DNA of 64,000 nucleotides from the IMG/VR virus record IMGVR_UViG_3300044959_000303, positions 43,129-107,128 of that record. One strand, 5' to 3'. This document shows, piece after piece, positions 21,247 through 29,920 of this stretch. Within the stretch, counting starts at the first letter, position 1; the number at the start of each line of letters is the position of its first letter. The DNA comes from a virus. Both the position numbers and the translations under genes were made by a program. Under the pieces are notes generated by a model. That model was not told where the DNA came from and searched no databases. It worked only from the letters and a program-made list of their open reading frames with translations.

Positions 21247-21879
21247 TCAGGCAATAGTCTTTCCTGTAGTTCCTGCAATATTGTTGAATGGAACGAGCGG
21301 GAAAACGCTTCGATCCACACCATCTTCTCCTGCATATTGAGCGTTTTGTGCTCGAATTGTAAGAGAAATCTGAATTGGATCACTTGCAGAGTAATCCAAA
21401 GAATCCCAATCTATATCGGTGAGAAAACATCCTTCGAGAAACCACTCTTCGAGAACTTTGACATTTCCACCATCCAGTATTTCGATATACATGTCGAAGG
21501 TATAATTTACACCTGCAACAAATCCTGTTTGTTCGAAATGATTGAATTGTTTCTGTACCTGCTGACCTACCAATCGCGTTGCCCTGTTGCTTATGTCATC
21601 TCTCAATACCAGATTTATGGTAGACCATTGATGTTTGCCAGCATAGTATCCTATGCTGTTATACGAATGAAATTCCTGTGTATTGAAAGACAACTTCGGT
21701 TTACTGACACTGACAACCTGTCTCGTCAAATCTTCTACATTCTGATTGTCACCAAAATTTATGACGCGAACACGAAAACGATATTTTGGTTTTGGTTGTA
21801 ACAGACCAATTTTACCCGGATCCCCGCCCGTGGAAAATACGGGAACTCCGAACTTGGTAACGGTTTTCAATCCAGCCAT
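21247..21879 (-). CDS. gp19: Tail tube protein
   Basis: QPKPKYRFRV, YYAGKHQW, EWFLEGCF, LDYS motifs. Confidence 0.88.
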   Translation of the reverse strand: MAGLKTVTKFGVPVFSTGGDPGKIGLLQPKPKYRFRVRVINFGDNQNVEDLTRQVVSVSKPKLSFNTQEFHSYNSIGYYAGKHQWSTINLVLRDDISNRATRLVGQQVQKQFNHFEQTGFVAGVNYTFDMYIEILDGGNVKVLEEWFLEGCFLTDIDWDSLDYSASDPIQISLTIRAQNAQYAGEDGVDRSVFPLVPFNNIAGTTGKTIA

Positions 21880-21907
21880 TTTTTCCGATTCCTTTCCTTT
21901 CTGAAAT

Positions 21908-21915
21908 TATTTATA
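21908..21915 (-). promoter_or_regulatory. Late promoter TATAAATA for gp19
   Basis: Exact T4 late consensus on the minus strand; a divergent ATAAATA at 21969 serves gp14. Confidence 0.75.
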
Positions 21916-22020
21916 TTATTTCGAAAAAAATATACTTTTGAAGAAAAATCGAAAAATGAAATTTATTCATAAATATTCGTGTCGACAAATATTTATCGAA
22001 ATCGTATCGAGGATTTTTTC

Positions 22021-23187
22021 ATGCCGAGAATCAGCTTGTGGAAAGACAAAAAGTCGCTGAATTACAAATTCTTCGACAATCATGCAAGACAAGCCATCAA
22101 CATTGGCGGAACATTGGTGTATGTTCACAAGTATCTTGGACCAAAAGAAAAAAATGTAGTAAATCTGAATCTGGAAGAATCTCCATATGACAAAATTTCC
22201 GAAAATTTGAACGAAGAAGAACAGATTCCGGATGTTTTTCTGAATTCTTCGGAATCTTCGGAAATCACCGAAATGGATATTCAGGATATTTTCTATCTCG
22301 AAAATCGTGATCGAAAATACGATCCGAATATTTACGAGATAAAAGCACATTACAATCCGACAGATGTCGAATTCGATTTGAGACAATTTGGCTTGATGTT
22401 GGCAAACGATACATTGAATGTGACATTTCATTACAATGACATGGTGGAAAGAATCGGCAGAAGAATCATTCCCGGCGATGTTCTGGAATTTCCTCATTTG
22501 AGACAGGAACAACTGGATGAAAGAAAAATGGCAATTAACAAATATTATGTTGTCGAAGATGCTCACAGACCTTCCAATGGTTACGATGTGAATTGGTGGA
22601 ATCATTTGTGGGCAGTAAGAGCTGTTCCCATTCACAATCAACAGGAATATTTCGATATTCTGGAAAAAGAAATGGAGAATTTCTACGGCGAAGGAACCGG
22701 AGAAACTCTTGCAGATCAAATCTCGATTCTGGACAGGGAATTGGAAATTACCGACAACATATCGAAAGCGGCAAGAGAAGAAGTCGGAAGAAGAAAATTC
22801 ATTCACAAACACATATATATAGTACCACGTATAGATGAACAGGGAAGAGAATATCCATTCGATCCCAGAATCGACGAATATCCGGTTCTGGCTTTTGGTG
22901 ATGGTATTCCACCAAACGGAACAGAAGTGAAAAAAGGTACGGTTTTTCCAGAAAATCCAGTGGAAGGTGAATATTTTCTTCGAACGGATTACAATCCCGC
23001 AATTCTGTTTCAAAGAAAAGGAAATGTCTGGAAAAGAATCGAGGCGAACTGGAGAACACCTTGGGTTCCTGCTCATGATTCATTGAAGAGATTCATAAAT
23101 CAGGAAGGAGAAATGAAACATGAAAACACTGGAAAAGTTTTGAAGAAAAGACAGTTTGTTTCTCGTGCTCTGAAGCCGGATCTTTGA
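22021..23187 (+). CDS. gp14: Neck protein gp14-like (head completion)
   Basis: MPRISLW, IQDIFYLENRDRKYD, FDLRQFGL, GDVLEFPHL; ATG 22021 preferred over GTG 21979. Confidence 0.7.
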   Translation: MPRISLWKDKKSLNYKFFDNHARQAINIGGTLVYVHKYLGPKEKNVVNLNLEESPYDKISENLNEEEQIPDVFLNSSESSEITEMDIQDIFYLENRDRKYDPNIYEIKAHYNPTDVEFDLRQFGLMLANDTLNVTFHYNDMVERIGRRIIPGDVLEFPHLRQEQLDERKMAINKYYVVEDAHRPSNGYDVNWWNHLWAVRAVPIHNQQEYFDILEKEMENFYGEGTGETLADQISILDRELEITDNISKAAREEVGRRKFIHKHIYIVPRIDEQGREYPFDPRIDEYPVLAFGDGIPPNGTEVKKGTVFPENPVEGEYFLRTDYNPAILFQRKGNVWKRIEANWRTPWVPAHDSLKRFINQEGEMKHENTGKVLKKRQFVSRALKPDL

Positions 23188-23201
23188 GAAAGGTGAAGTG
23201 A

Positions 23202-24581
23202 ATGTCGGACAACAGATTCGATCTTTCGTATTTCTACGACGGTCAGATAAGAAGAATGAACATTCAGTTCACTCGAATTTTTACAAATTTTCATTATTCG
23301 ATTGGAAAAAATCGAAACGGCGAGCCTTTGTTGAGAAGAGTTCCAGCGAGATATGCTTCGACAAATCGGCAGGTTGCTTATGTTCTGAGAAACAATTCGG
23401 AAAACGTGATGTTGTCCGTACCAATGTTCACCGTATATCTGACAGGTCTGACATATGACAGAAATCGAGTGCAGGATCCTCTCTTTTCGGAAAAAATTCG
23501 CTTCAACGAAAAAAAATTCGATTCGATTTCCGGTGAGTTCATTCAAGAACCGGGACAAAGATTCACTGTCGAAAGATACATGCCAGTTCCTTACACGATG
23601 AGATGGAACGTGGATTTGTGGGTGAGCAACGAAAGCCAGAAAGAACAGTTGGTGGAACAGATAATAGTTCTTTTCAATCCTTCCATACAATTGCAATTCA
23701 CCGAAAATCCTCTGGATTGGACAAGCCTGACAGAATTGACTCTGGAAGAAATCAACTGGAGTAACAATTCGATTCCGATAGGAACGGGTGGTGAAATAGA
23801 AATCATAACCTTTACGTTTTCCGCTCCGGTATGGATAAATCCGCCAGCAATAGTCGAAAGACAGAAAATAATAAAAACAATCATTACAAATGTTCTGGAA
23901 GCAGAAAAATACGAAGATTACGAAACAGAAGCAAGTTACGGTGTACAGTTCGACAAAATCGATCTGTTGAGCAGAACGGTGACAACTTTCAATGATCATA
24001 CAATCGTGATAAATCAGAATGTCGTAAAATTGACAGGTCCGGGAGGAATCGAAGTCAATGAGAATGGCAAACCGTTTTCTTGGAAAACAATCTTTTCGAA
24101 ATGCGGAGGTTTTCGTCCCGGAATTACACAACTTGTGATCAATCCGACCGACAATATCGAAGACGAAGAACATTTGATTTCTGGTATACTCGATTATGGT
24201 TCGAGTGAAAATGAACTTTTGTGGTTTCCAAATCCATCTACACTTCCATTGAATACCATTCGGGAAATAAATGCCATCATAGATCCTGTGAAAACTTTTC
24301 CCGAAAGAGGTCTTTCGATTCCAGTGATCGGAACCAGATATCTTTTATTGTCAGATATAGGAAATTCCATTGCCTGGGGAAACATTCAGGCAAAAAAACA
24401 TGAAATAATAGAATGGGACGGATCGAAATGGGTTGTCGCATTCAATGTAGAACTGGAGAAAGAAAAAATTCATTATGTCAAGAATCTCTATGACAACAAT
24501 CAATTGATATGGAATGGAAAGGAATGGAAATATCTTGTGAATGGATTGTATGAACAAGGTTTCTGGAGAATTATTCTGTAA
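23202..24581 (+). CDS. gp15: Tail sheath stabiliser / tail terminator gp15-like
   Basis: YFYDGQIRR, MPVPY, EQIIVLFNPS, WINPPA. Confidence 0.8.
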   Translation: MSDNRFDLSYFYDGQIRRMNIQFTRIFTNFHYSIGKNRNGEPLLRRVPARYASTNRQVAYVLRNNSENVMLSVPMFTVYLTGLTYDRNRVQDPLFSEKIRFNEKKFDSISGEFIQEPGQRFTVERYMPVPYTMRWNVDLWVSNESQKEQLVEQIIVLFNPSIQLQFTENPLDWTSLTELTLEEINWSNNSIPIGTGGEIEIITFTFSAPVWINPPAIVERQKIIKTIITNVLEAEKYEDYETEASYGVQFDKIDLLSRTVTTFNDHTIVINQNVVKLTGPGGIEVNENGKPFSWKTIFSKCGGFRPGITQLVINPTDNIEDEEHLISGILDYGSSENELLWFPNPSTLPLNTIREINAIIDPVKTFPERGLSIPVIGTRYLLLSDIGNSIAWGNIQAKKHEIIEWDGSKWVVAFNVELEKEKIHYVKNLYDNNQLIWNGKEWKYLVNGLYEQGFWRIIL

Positions 24582-24615
24582 AAAAGAAAAAAGCTGCCCG
24601 ATACCGGGCAGCTTT
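24581..24615 (-). terminator. Terminator (probably bidirectional) between gp15 and the hfa-like cassette
   Basis: AAAGCTGCCCG-ATAC-CGGGCAGCTTT flanked by A/T runs. Confidence 0.85.
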
Positions 24616-24655
24616 GAAAAAAGTTGCAATTTTTTCGATCTGTTTTACGATCTTG

Positions 24656-25249
24656 TCATGGTCGCACAACAGTGTTGTTCAGATTGATGTTGTTGCCAAC
24701 GGCAGTAGCATTGACTTCGATGTTGCCACGAACGACGTTGTTACGAACTTCGGCAACGGCAGTGACATTGCTTCCGACAACAGCCTGACCAAGATTTCCA
24801 AGACGATTGTTGGTTCCATTCAGATTGACATTGTTACCGACAGATGTTGCTTCCACAGTAAGTGGACCATTGAGATTGCTGTTGGTAACCAAAGAAAATG
24901 ACTGAACGTTGCTGAACAACACCGCCTGATTTACCGCATCGTTATTCAGAACTCTGACATTTTCACCAGCAAGATTGTTTCCAACAGCAGTCGAACGAAC
25001 TTCCGGGTCGGAAGTATTCGAAACATTGGCAATGACAGCTGTTGCGGTTACATTGCTGTTTTTGACCAACTGACCATTGATATCGACATTCACATTCACT
25101 TCGATGTTGTCGATCTCGTTCAAATAACGACAATCGATACTGGTGCCCGGGTGTGTCAGATCACAACTCGTGGCATGTCCAGTACTTGCAAAAGTCAGAA
25201 GACCAATTGCAGTTGCGATGGAAGCAAGATAACGAATACTGACAGTCAT
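24656..25249 (-). CDS. Secreted Asn/Val-rich beta-repeat protein, HfaD/HfaA (curlin-like) type
   Basis: Signal peptide ending TGHA; three repeats ending STAVGNN, ATSVGNN, ATAVGNN; strong RBS AGGAGG. Confidence 0.65.
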   Translation of the reverse strand: MTVSIRYLASIATAIGLLTFASTGHATSCDLTHPGTSIDCRYLNEIDNIEVNVNVDINGQLVKNSNVTATAVIANVSNTSDPEVRSTAVGNNLAGENVRVLNNDAVNQAVLFSNVQSFSLVTNSNLNGPLTVEATSVGNNVNLNGTNNRLGNLGQAVVGSNVTAVAEVRNNVVRGNIEVNATAVGNNINLNNTVVRP

Positions 25250-25398
25250 GTTTTCCTCCTTTGGTTGTCAGTTCTGATTCATATTGGTAAATTGCATCAA
25301 TTTACCAATACTTCCGGAGAATCCGGCATGACTTCCCGATAACCAGAAATCGGTAGGCCCAGTTTTTGAATTGGATTGGCAGCCAATATTCGAAAAAC
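25250..25398 (-). promoter_or_regulatory. Structured intergenic leader with several hairpins
   Basis: 13-bp perfect inverted repeat at 25282-25310 plus CCGGA/TCCGG, CCGAT/ATCGG and ATTGG/CCAAT stems. Confidence 0.5.
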
Positions 25399-26286
25399 TC
25401 ATTGCATACCAAAAATTCGTACGCGATCACTTTCAATGTTTCTGTCCACATACCTTTTGTATCCTCCCGGATACAATTCGGTATTTTCGTATCTGTTCAG
25501 ATAAATGATATCATTGTTGTTGCAATTCAACTCTATTCCATAGATATCGGCCAGCAACAACGCCACCGAAGTTTCTATCACATCTCTCACACCAACATTC
25601 AGAGGTTCCTGAACCTTGAAACCACTGTTCACATCGATGAGTACATTTCCGAAAAAGGAGAAAATACCACTTTTCACCTCTTTTCCGGTAATTCTTTTTT
25701 TCAGGGAAATTGCCTTTACGATTTCAGTGGTTCGAGTGTTGACAACTCTGAAATCTGCTGCAATTTCCATTATATATTCTCTTGTTCCACCACCGATTCC
25801 GTTGATATAGAATTCAGAGCCACCAGAAATCAGATAATTGATTTCTGTAATACCACCTGCAATATAATAATCCGAACCCAGAACCTGTCCGGGAAAAATT
25901 TTTCTATATCCCGGTTCGTCATCACCAAGAACCTTGTTGTTCGAGAGATTGAGTTCGACATCGAATACGGAACGATCGATTCTTTCCACAACTCGAACAA
26001 CATTTGTTTTTGCCAAAGCAGTCGTAACCATATGTGAAATACCGGAAGAAACCTTTTTTCCATCTACCAGAGAAATTTTACCGCTGTAATCATCTACATT
26101 TCCGACGGAAATTGTAATCACACCTTTGTTGTTTTTCAAGGAATTCAGTGCTTTCGACTCGAAACATTTCAGATAATTCTGATATTCCGTGACGTTTTGT
26201 TCTACCGGATATCTGTTCAAGGTAGTAACAGAACATCCAGACAGTAAACTTGCCAGAAAAATCGCAGAAAAAAGTTTCTTTTTCAT
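25399..26286 (-). CDS. hfaB: HfaB/CsgG-family outer membrane secretion lipoprotein
   Basis: Lipobox LLSGC; VTEYQNYLKC, ISVGNVDDYSGK, VVER, GSDYYIAGGITEINY, DFRVVNTRT, QEPLNVGVRDVIE. Confidence 0.88.
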   Translation of the reverse strand: MKKKLFSAIFLASLLSGCSVTTLNRYPVEQNVTEYQNYLKCFESKALNSLKNNKGVITISVGNVDDYSGKISLVDGKKVSSGISHMVTTALAKTNVVRVVERIDRSVFDVELNLSNNKVLGDDEPGYRKIFPGQVLGSDYYIAGGITEINYLISGGSEFYINGIGGGTREYIMEIAADFRVVNTRTTEIVKAISLKKRITGKEVKSGIFSFFGNVLIDVNSGFKVQEPLNVGVRDVIETSVALLLADIYGIELNCNNNDIIYLNRYENTELYPGGYKRYVDRNIESDRVRIFGMQ

Positions 26287-26299
26287 GATATGATTTCCG

Positions 26300-26665
26300 T
26301 CAATAATTGATGCTTCCGTTCAATTCTGTTTCAATATTACTGTCTTCTATTTCTTGTGTCAAGTTGAAATTTGGATTGTTCGAAATCGTTCCGTTTCTAT
26401 TGTGAAGAGAAATATTACTGTTTGTTATGTTTCCCACAGTACCGCCGTAAATTGAAATTCCACCATGAGGAATATTGCTACCATTCGAATTTTTTTCGAA
26501 CATGTTTCCTTTTTTCATTTCAATTGCCGTGGCTTGATTGACAAGATCTTCGAGTTTTCTTTCCCGAAAATTCCAAATGTCATTCTGTCCAAATTCTGCA
26601 TGTGCAGAATAGTTGAAAATAATGATCGAAAAACCTGAAAACAATGTAATCAGATGTTTTCTCAT
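26300..26665 (-). CDS. Small secreted Asn/Gly-rich protein, HfaA-like by position and composition
   Basis: Signal peptide ending SAHA; GTVGNITN and N/S-rich C-terminus; directly upstream of hfaB-like gene; GGAGG 10 nt before ATG 26665. Confidence 0.55.
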   Translation of the reverse strand: MRKHLITLFSGFSIIIFNYSAHAEFGQNDIWNFRERKLEDLVNQATAIEMKKGNMFEKNSNGSNIPHGGISIYGGTVGNITNSNISLHNRNGTISNNPNFNLTQEIEDSNIETELNGSINY

Positions 26666-26688
26666 GATTTTCATTCCTCCATTGTTTT

Positions 26689-27324
26689 TTATCTTGGTCC
26701 TACACTGCTCATATCTGGTCCGATACTGTCAGTATTTGCTCCGATACTGCCATTGTCCGGTCCAATTCCATCATTCACACCATCTTTACCGTTTTTTCCA
26801 TCCTTACCATTTTCATTGTCTTTTCCATTGTTGTCATTTCTGGAATTGTTGGAATTGTCATTATACTCGTCAGTGAAACAAAGAGTTATCTTTTTTTCTT
26901 CATCTTTTTCACAGATCTGTTGATTCATGACAATTTCTTTTTCTTTTCTTCGAATTTCGATAAACACGAATTCTTTTTCAGAACTTTTTTTGGCAATTTC
27001 GATTCTTTTTCCACTTTTGTCAAAAGAAGATATATTTTCAGAAAAATAAGTGTTTTCCAATTTCTGTCTTTCCCTTTCTTTGTTCAAAATATGACTTTTG
27101 ATGAAATTCAAGGAATAGCATTCCTGATTTGGTTCGGGTTCATCATATTCTTTCGGCCAAAGATAACATTCATCTTTCGAATTTTCGATTTTGTGTTCTG
27201 TTTCCGAAAACATGAAAATTTTTTGATTGTCTAAAAATCTTTTGGATTCGAAATTGACATGATATACATAAGAGCAAGAAGTCGAAAGAAAAGAAGCAAG
27301 AACGACAAAAGAAAATTTTTTCAT
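26689..27324 (-). CDS. Putative lipoprotein with Asn/Asp/Gly-rich tail
   Basis: MKKFSFVVLASFLSTSC lipobox-like N-terminus; C-x8-C-FTDEYND motif shared with 27576..28226. Confidence 0.6.
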   Translation of the reverse strand: MKKFSFVVLASFLSTSCSYVYHVNFESKRFLDNQKIFMFSETEHKIENSKDECYLWPKEYDEPEPNQECYSLNFIKSHILNKERERQKLENTYFSENISSFDKSGKRIEIAKKSSEKEFVFIEIRRKEKEIVMNQQICEKDEEKKITLCFTDEYNDNSNNSRNDNNGKDNENGKDGKNGKDGVNDGIGPDNGSIGANTDSIGPDMSSVGPR

Positions 27325-27363
27325 AAATTGTCTCCATTTTTTCGAAATTTCAAGTCAAATGAT

Positions 27364-27391
27364 ATTTTACATACGAAATCGAAATTGTCAA
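27364..27391 (-). promoter_or_regulatory. Sigma70-type promoter for the hfa-like operon
   Basis: TTGACA-16 nt-TAAAAT on the minus strand. Confidence 0.65.
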
Positions 27392-27451
27392 TTTTTATTT
27401 TAATTTTTATTTACCAAAAAAGTTCATATCGATCATATGTAAACCGAAATT

Positions 27452-27490
27452 AAAAAAAAAATAATCCGGTTGAACAGGTTCAACCGGATT
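27452..27490 (-). terminator. Intrinsic terminator after the repeat protein gene
   Basis: AATCCGGTTGAAC/GTTCAACCGGATT stem then a long U run on the minus strand. Confidence 0.8.
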
Positions 27491-27575
27491 GAATTTGTTC
27501 AAGTTACTTTTTCAATTTTTATCTTGTTCTTGTCATTTTTACTTTATCCAGATTTTGGTTTACATTACCAGAAAC

Positions 27576-28226
27576 TTAGCCATCCGAATCACCGACATCC
27601 GAATCACCGGCATCCGAATCACCGACATCCGAATCACCGACATCCGAATCACCGACATCCGAATCACCGACATCCGAATCACCGACATCCGAATCACCGG
27701 CACCCGGTTCATCAGCAACCGGTTCATCAGCAACCGGTTCATCAGCAACCGGTTCATCAGCACCCGGTTTATCAGCAACCGGTTCATCAGCACCCGGTTC
27801 ATCAGCAACCGGTTCATCAGCACCCGGTTTATCAGCAACCGGTTCATCAGCACCCGGTTCATCAGCAACCGGTTCATCAGCACCCGGTTCATCAGCAACC
27901 GGTTCATCAGCACCCGGTTCATCAGCACCCGGTTCATCAGCAACCGGTTCATCAGCACCCGGTTCATCAGCAACCGGTTCATCAGCACCCGGTTCATCAG
28001 CAACCGGATCGATTGGATCATCCACTCTCATGAAGTAGTTAGGTTGTTCACTATCATTATATTCATCGACATAACAAATGGATTTTCCTCTGTCACTTTC
28101 ATCATCGCAAACAAAAGTTTCCCGAACGCTGGAAACTCTTCTGTTTTCTGCGTTGACATCAGATGAATAAGAAAACACAGTCAAAAGAAGACCACTGACA
28201 ATAAACATTGGTACTTTTTTCATCAC
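27576..28226 (-). CDS. Secreted acidic repeat protein (P[VG]AD[EK] x20, GDSD[VAG] x8)
   Basis: Signal peptide; C-x9-C-YVDEYND motif; pentapeptide repeats; downstream terminator. Confidence 0.75.
   Translation of the reverse strand: MMKKVPMFIVSGLLLTVFSYSSDVNAENRRVSSVRETFVCDDESDRGKSICYVDEYNDSEQPNYFMRVDDPIDPVADEPGADEPVADEPGADEPVADEPGADEPGADEPVADEPGADEPVADEPGADEPVADKPGADEPVADEPGADEPVADKPGADEPVADEPVADEPVADEPGAGDSDVGDSDVGDSDVGDSDVGDSDVGDSDAGDSDVGDSDG
27581..28007. repeat. Two abutting 15-bp tandem arrays (coding)
   Basis: CATCCGAATCACCGA-type x8 then CA[AC]CCGGTT[CT]ATCAG-type x about 20. Confidence 0.95.
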
Positions 28227-28274
28227 CTTGCCCCTTTCCTTTGGTCTTGTTCGAATTCATTGCTGAATTCGAGA

Positions 28275-29312
28275 TCATATTAAATCCAAAAAACAGACTT
28301 TGTCAACAAAATTTTTCGACCTTTTTTTCGAATTTCTTCGTATATCTTCGTTTACCATCATTCGAACAAGTTCGTCGAAAGAAACTTTTGGCGACCAACC
28401 AAGTTTTTCTTTGGCTTTCTTCGGATTGCCTCTCAGATATGGTACTTCCGCGGGACGCATATGAAGAGGATTGATTTTGACATAGGAAACATAATCTTCC
28501 CGGCGTTTTGTCAAACCGGAAAACAAAAAGGCTTTTTCCAGAAATTCACGTAAACTGTGAGACTCTCCGGTCGCAATAACGTAATCTTCCGGTGTCGATT
28601 GCTGTAACATCAACCACATTGCTTCGACAAAATCCCCCGCATATCCCCAATCTCGATAAACATCGAGATTTCCAAGTTCGATGAATTTCTGTTCTCCAGA
28701 AATTATTCTTGCAATTCCGTTTGTGATTTTTCTCGTGACAAATTCTTTTCCTCGAAGTGGAGATTCATGATTCATGAGTATTCCGGAACAGGCGAAAATA
28801 CCATAAGATTCCCTGTAGTTCACCGTTATCCAATGAGCTGCCAGCTTCGAAACTCCATATGGCGAACGGGGATGAAAAGGAGTATTTTCGTCTTGAGTCT
28901 TGTTACTGTTCAGAGAAATACCGAACATTTCCGATGTGGATGCCTGATAGAATCTGCTTTTCGGACTATTGGAAATTATCGCTTCCAGAATGTTCAATGC
29001 TCCCATGAAATTCGTTTCCAAAGTATACTTTGGATTTTCCCACGATATTCCGACAAAGGATTGTGCAGCCAGATTGTAAACTTCATTTGGTTTGATCTGT
29101 TTCATGATTTTCATGATGGAAATTTCGTCGGTAACATCACCAACAAGATATTCGATTTCGTTTGTTATACCGAAATAATCCAGATTTTCGAAATTCGGGT
29201 TACTTTTTCTTCTTACCAGACCGTAAATTCTGTAATCTTTTTCCAGAAGAAATTTCGAAAGATAAGCGCCATCCTGACCAAGAATTCCGGTAATGAAAGC
29301 TGTTCTTTTCAC
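28275..29312 (-). CDS. gmd: GDP-mannose 4,6-dehydratase
   Basis: ITGILGQDGAYL, YNLAAQSFV, YQASTSEMFG, PRSPYGVSK, NHESPLRG, RDWG. Confidence 0.96.
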   Translation of the reverse strand: MKRTAFITGILGQDGAYLSKFLLEKDYRIYGLVRRKSNPNFENLDYFGITNEIEYLVGDVTDEISIMKIMKQIKPNEVYNLAAQSFVGISWENPKYTLETNFMGALNILEAIISNSPKSRFYQASTSEMFGISLNSNKTQDENTPFHPRSPYGVSKLAAHWITVNYRESYGIFACSGILMNHESPLRGKEFVTRKITNGIARIISGEQKFIELGNLDVYRDWGYAGDFVEAMWLMLQQSTPEDYVIATGESHSLREFLEKAFLFSGLTKRREDYVSYVKINPLHMRPAEVPYLRGNPKKAKEKLGWSPKVSFDELVRMMVNEDIRRNSKKRSKNFVDKVCFLDLI

Positions 29313-29339
29313 TTTTTTTCCCCCGAGATACCGAAAAAC

Positions 29340-29368
29340 ATTATAGTGAACGAAAATTGAAAATTCAA
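29340..29368 (-). promoter_or_regulatory. Sigma70-type promoter for gmd
   Basis: TTGAAT-17 nt-TATAAT on the minus strand. Confidence 0.7.
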
Positions 29369-29381
29369 TTTTCGCAAAAAA

Positions 29382-29780
29382 TCATCTTACAAGAAGAATC
29401 TTGTTTATGATTCCCAAAGAACTCCACTCTTCTCTGGGAGGAACGACGGACAGATTGCTTCTGTCGAATTTTGCCCGAAACCACAGAAAATTGCCTTCGA
29501 TATTGAAAATGAACGTATCGGTAATTCCTTCGTTCAAGGGTGCATTGAAAATCAATTCGGGCCGATCGATGTTCAACCATATCGGAAACCAATCGTCTTC
29601 TTTCGGATTTCTTGCCAACGATGCTTCCAGAGTTATTGTTCCTATGTATTTCGAAATTGTTATCTGTACGGTATGAATCGGGTTGAAAGCACCGAACCAG
29701 GCGTTTCCTTTTCTGGGTTCTCCGACTCCTTCCAGTTGTCCGGTAGTATTTGTCAAAAGTAATTCGATTCTCGATGTCAT
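29382..29780 (-). CDS. Putative virion structural protein
   Basis: ATAAATA at 29809-29815; HTVQI...GTITLEASLA...WF...FNIEGNFLWFRA beta-rich pattern; follows gp18. Confidence 0.6.
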   Translation of the reverse strand: MTSRIELLLTNTTGQLEGVGEPRKGNAWFGAFNPIHTVQITISKYIGTITLEASLARNPKEDDWFPIWLNIDRPELIFNAPLNEGITDTFIFNIEGNFLWFRAKFDRSNLSVVPPREEWSSLGIINKILLVR

Positions 29781-29844
29781 CTGTAATTTTCTTTTCTGAA
29801 ATCGAAATTATTTATGATACGAAGAAAATTTTTCTGTCCGTTCG

Positions 29845-29877
29845 AAAAAGAAGGAGAGATTCGAAAATCTCTCCTTC
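29845..29877 (-). terminator. Intrinsic terminator after gp18
   Basis: GAAGGAGAGATT stem with UUCG loop on the minus strand and U tail. Confidence 0.8.
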
Positions 29878-29920
29878 CTGAAAAAATGAACTCACTTTCT
29901 GTTTTTCACTTTCCGTTTTT

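Noticed and set aside
25250-25398. Known c-di-GMP-I or -II riboswitch
   Set aside because: I could not find the consensus motifs by eye; kept only as a generic structured leader.
27581-28007. CRISPR array
   Set aside because: Contiguous 15-bp tandem units without unique spacers, in frame within a signal-peptide gene.
27470-28166. Alternative ORFs across the repeat (HPNHR/HQQPV, ITDIR/ISNRF, LMNRV frames)
   Set aside because: Open only because the 15-bp unit has no stops; the minus-strand 27576..28226 frame has the signal peptide, RBS and terminator.
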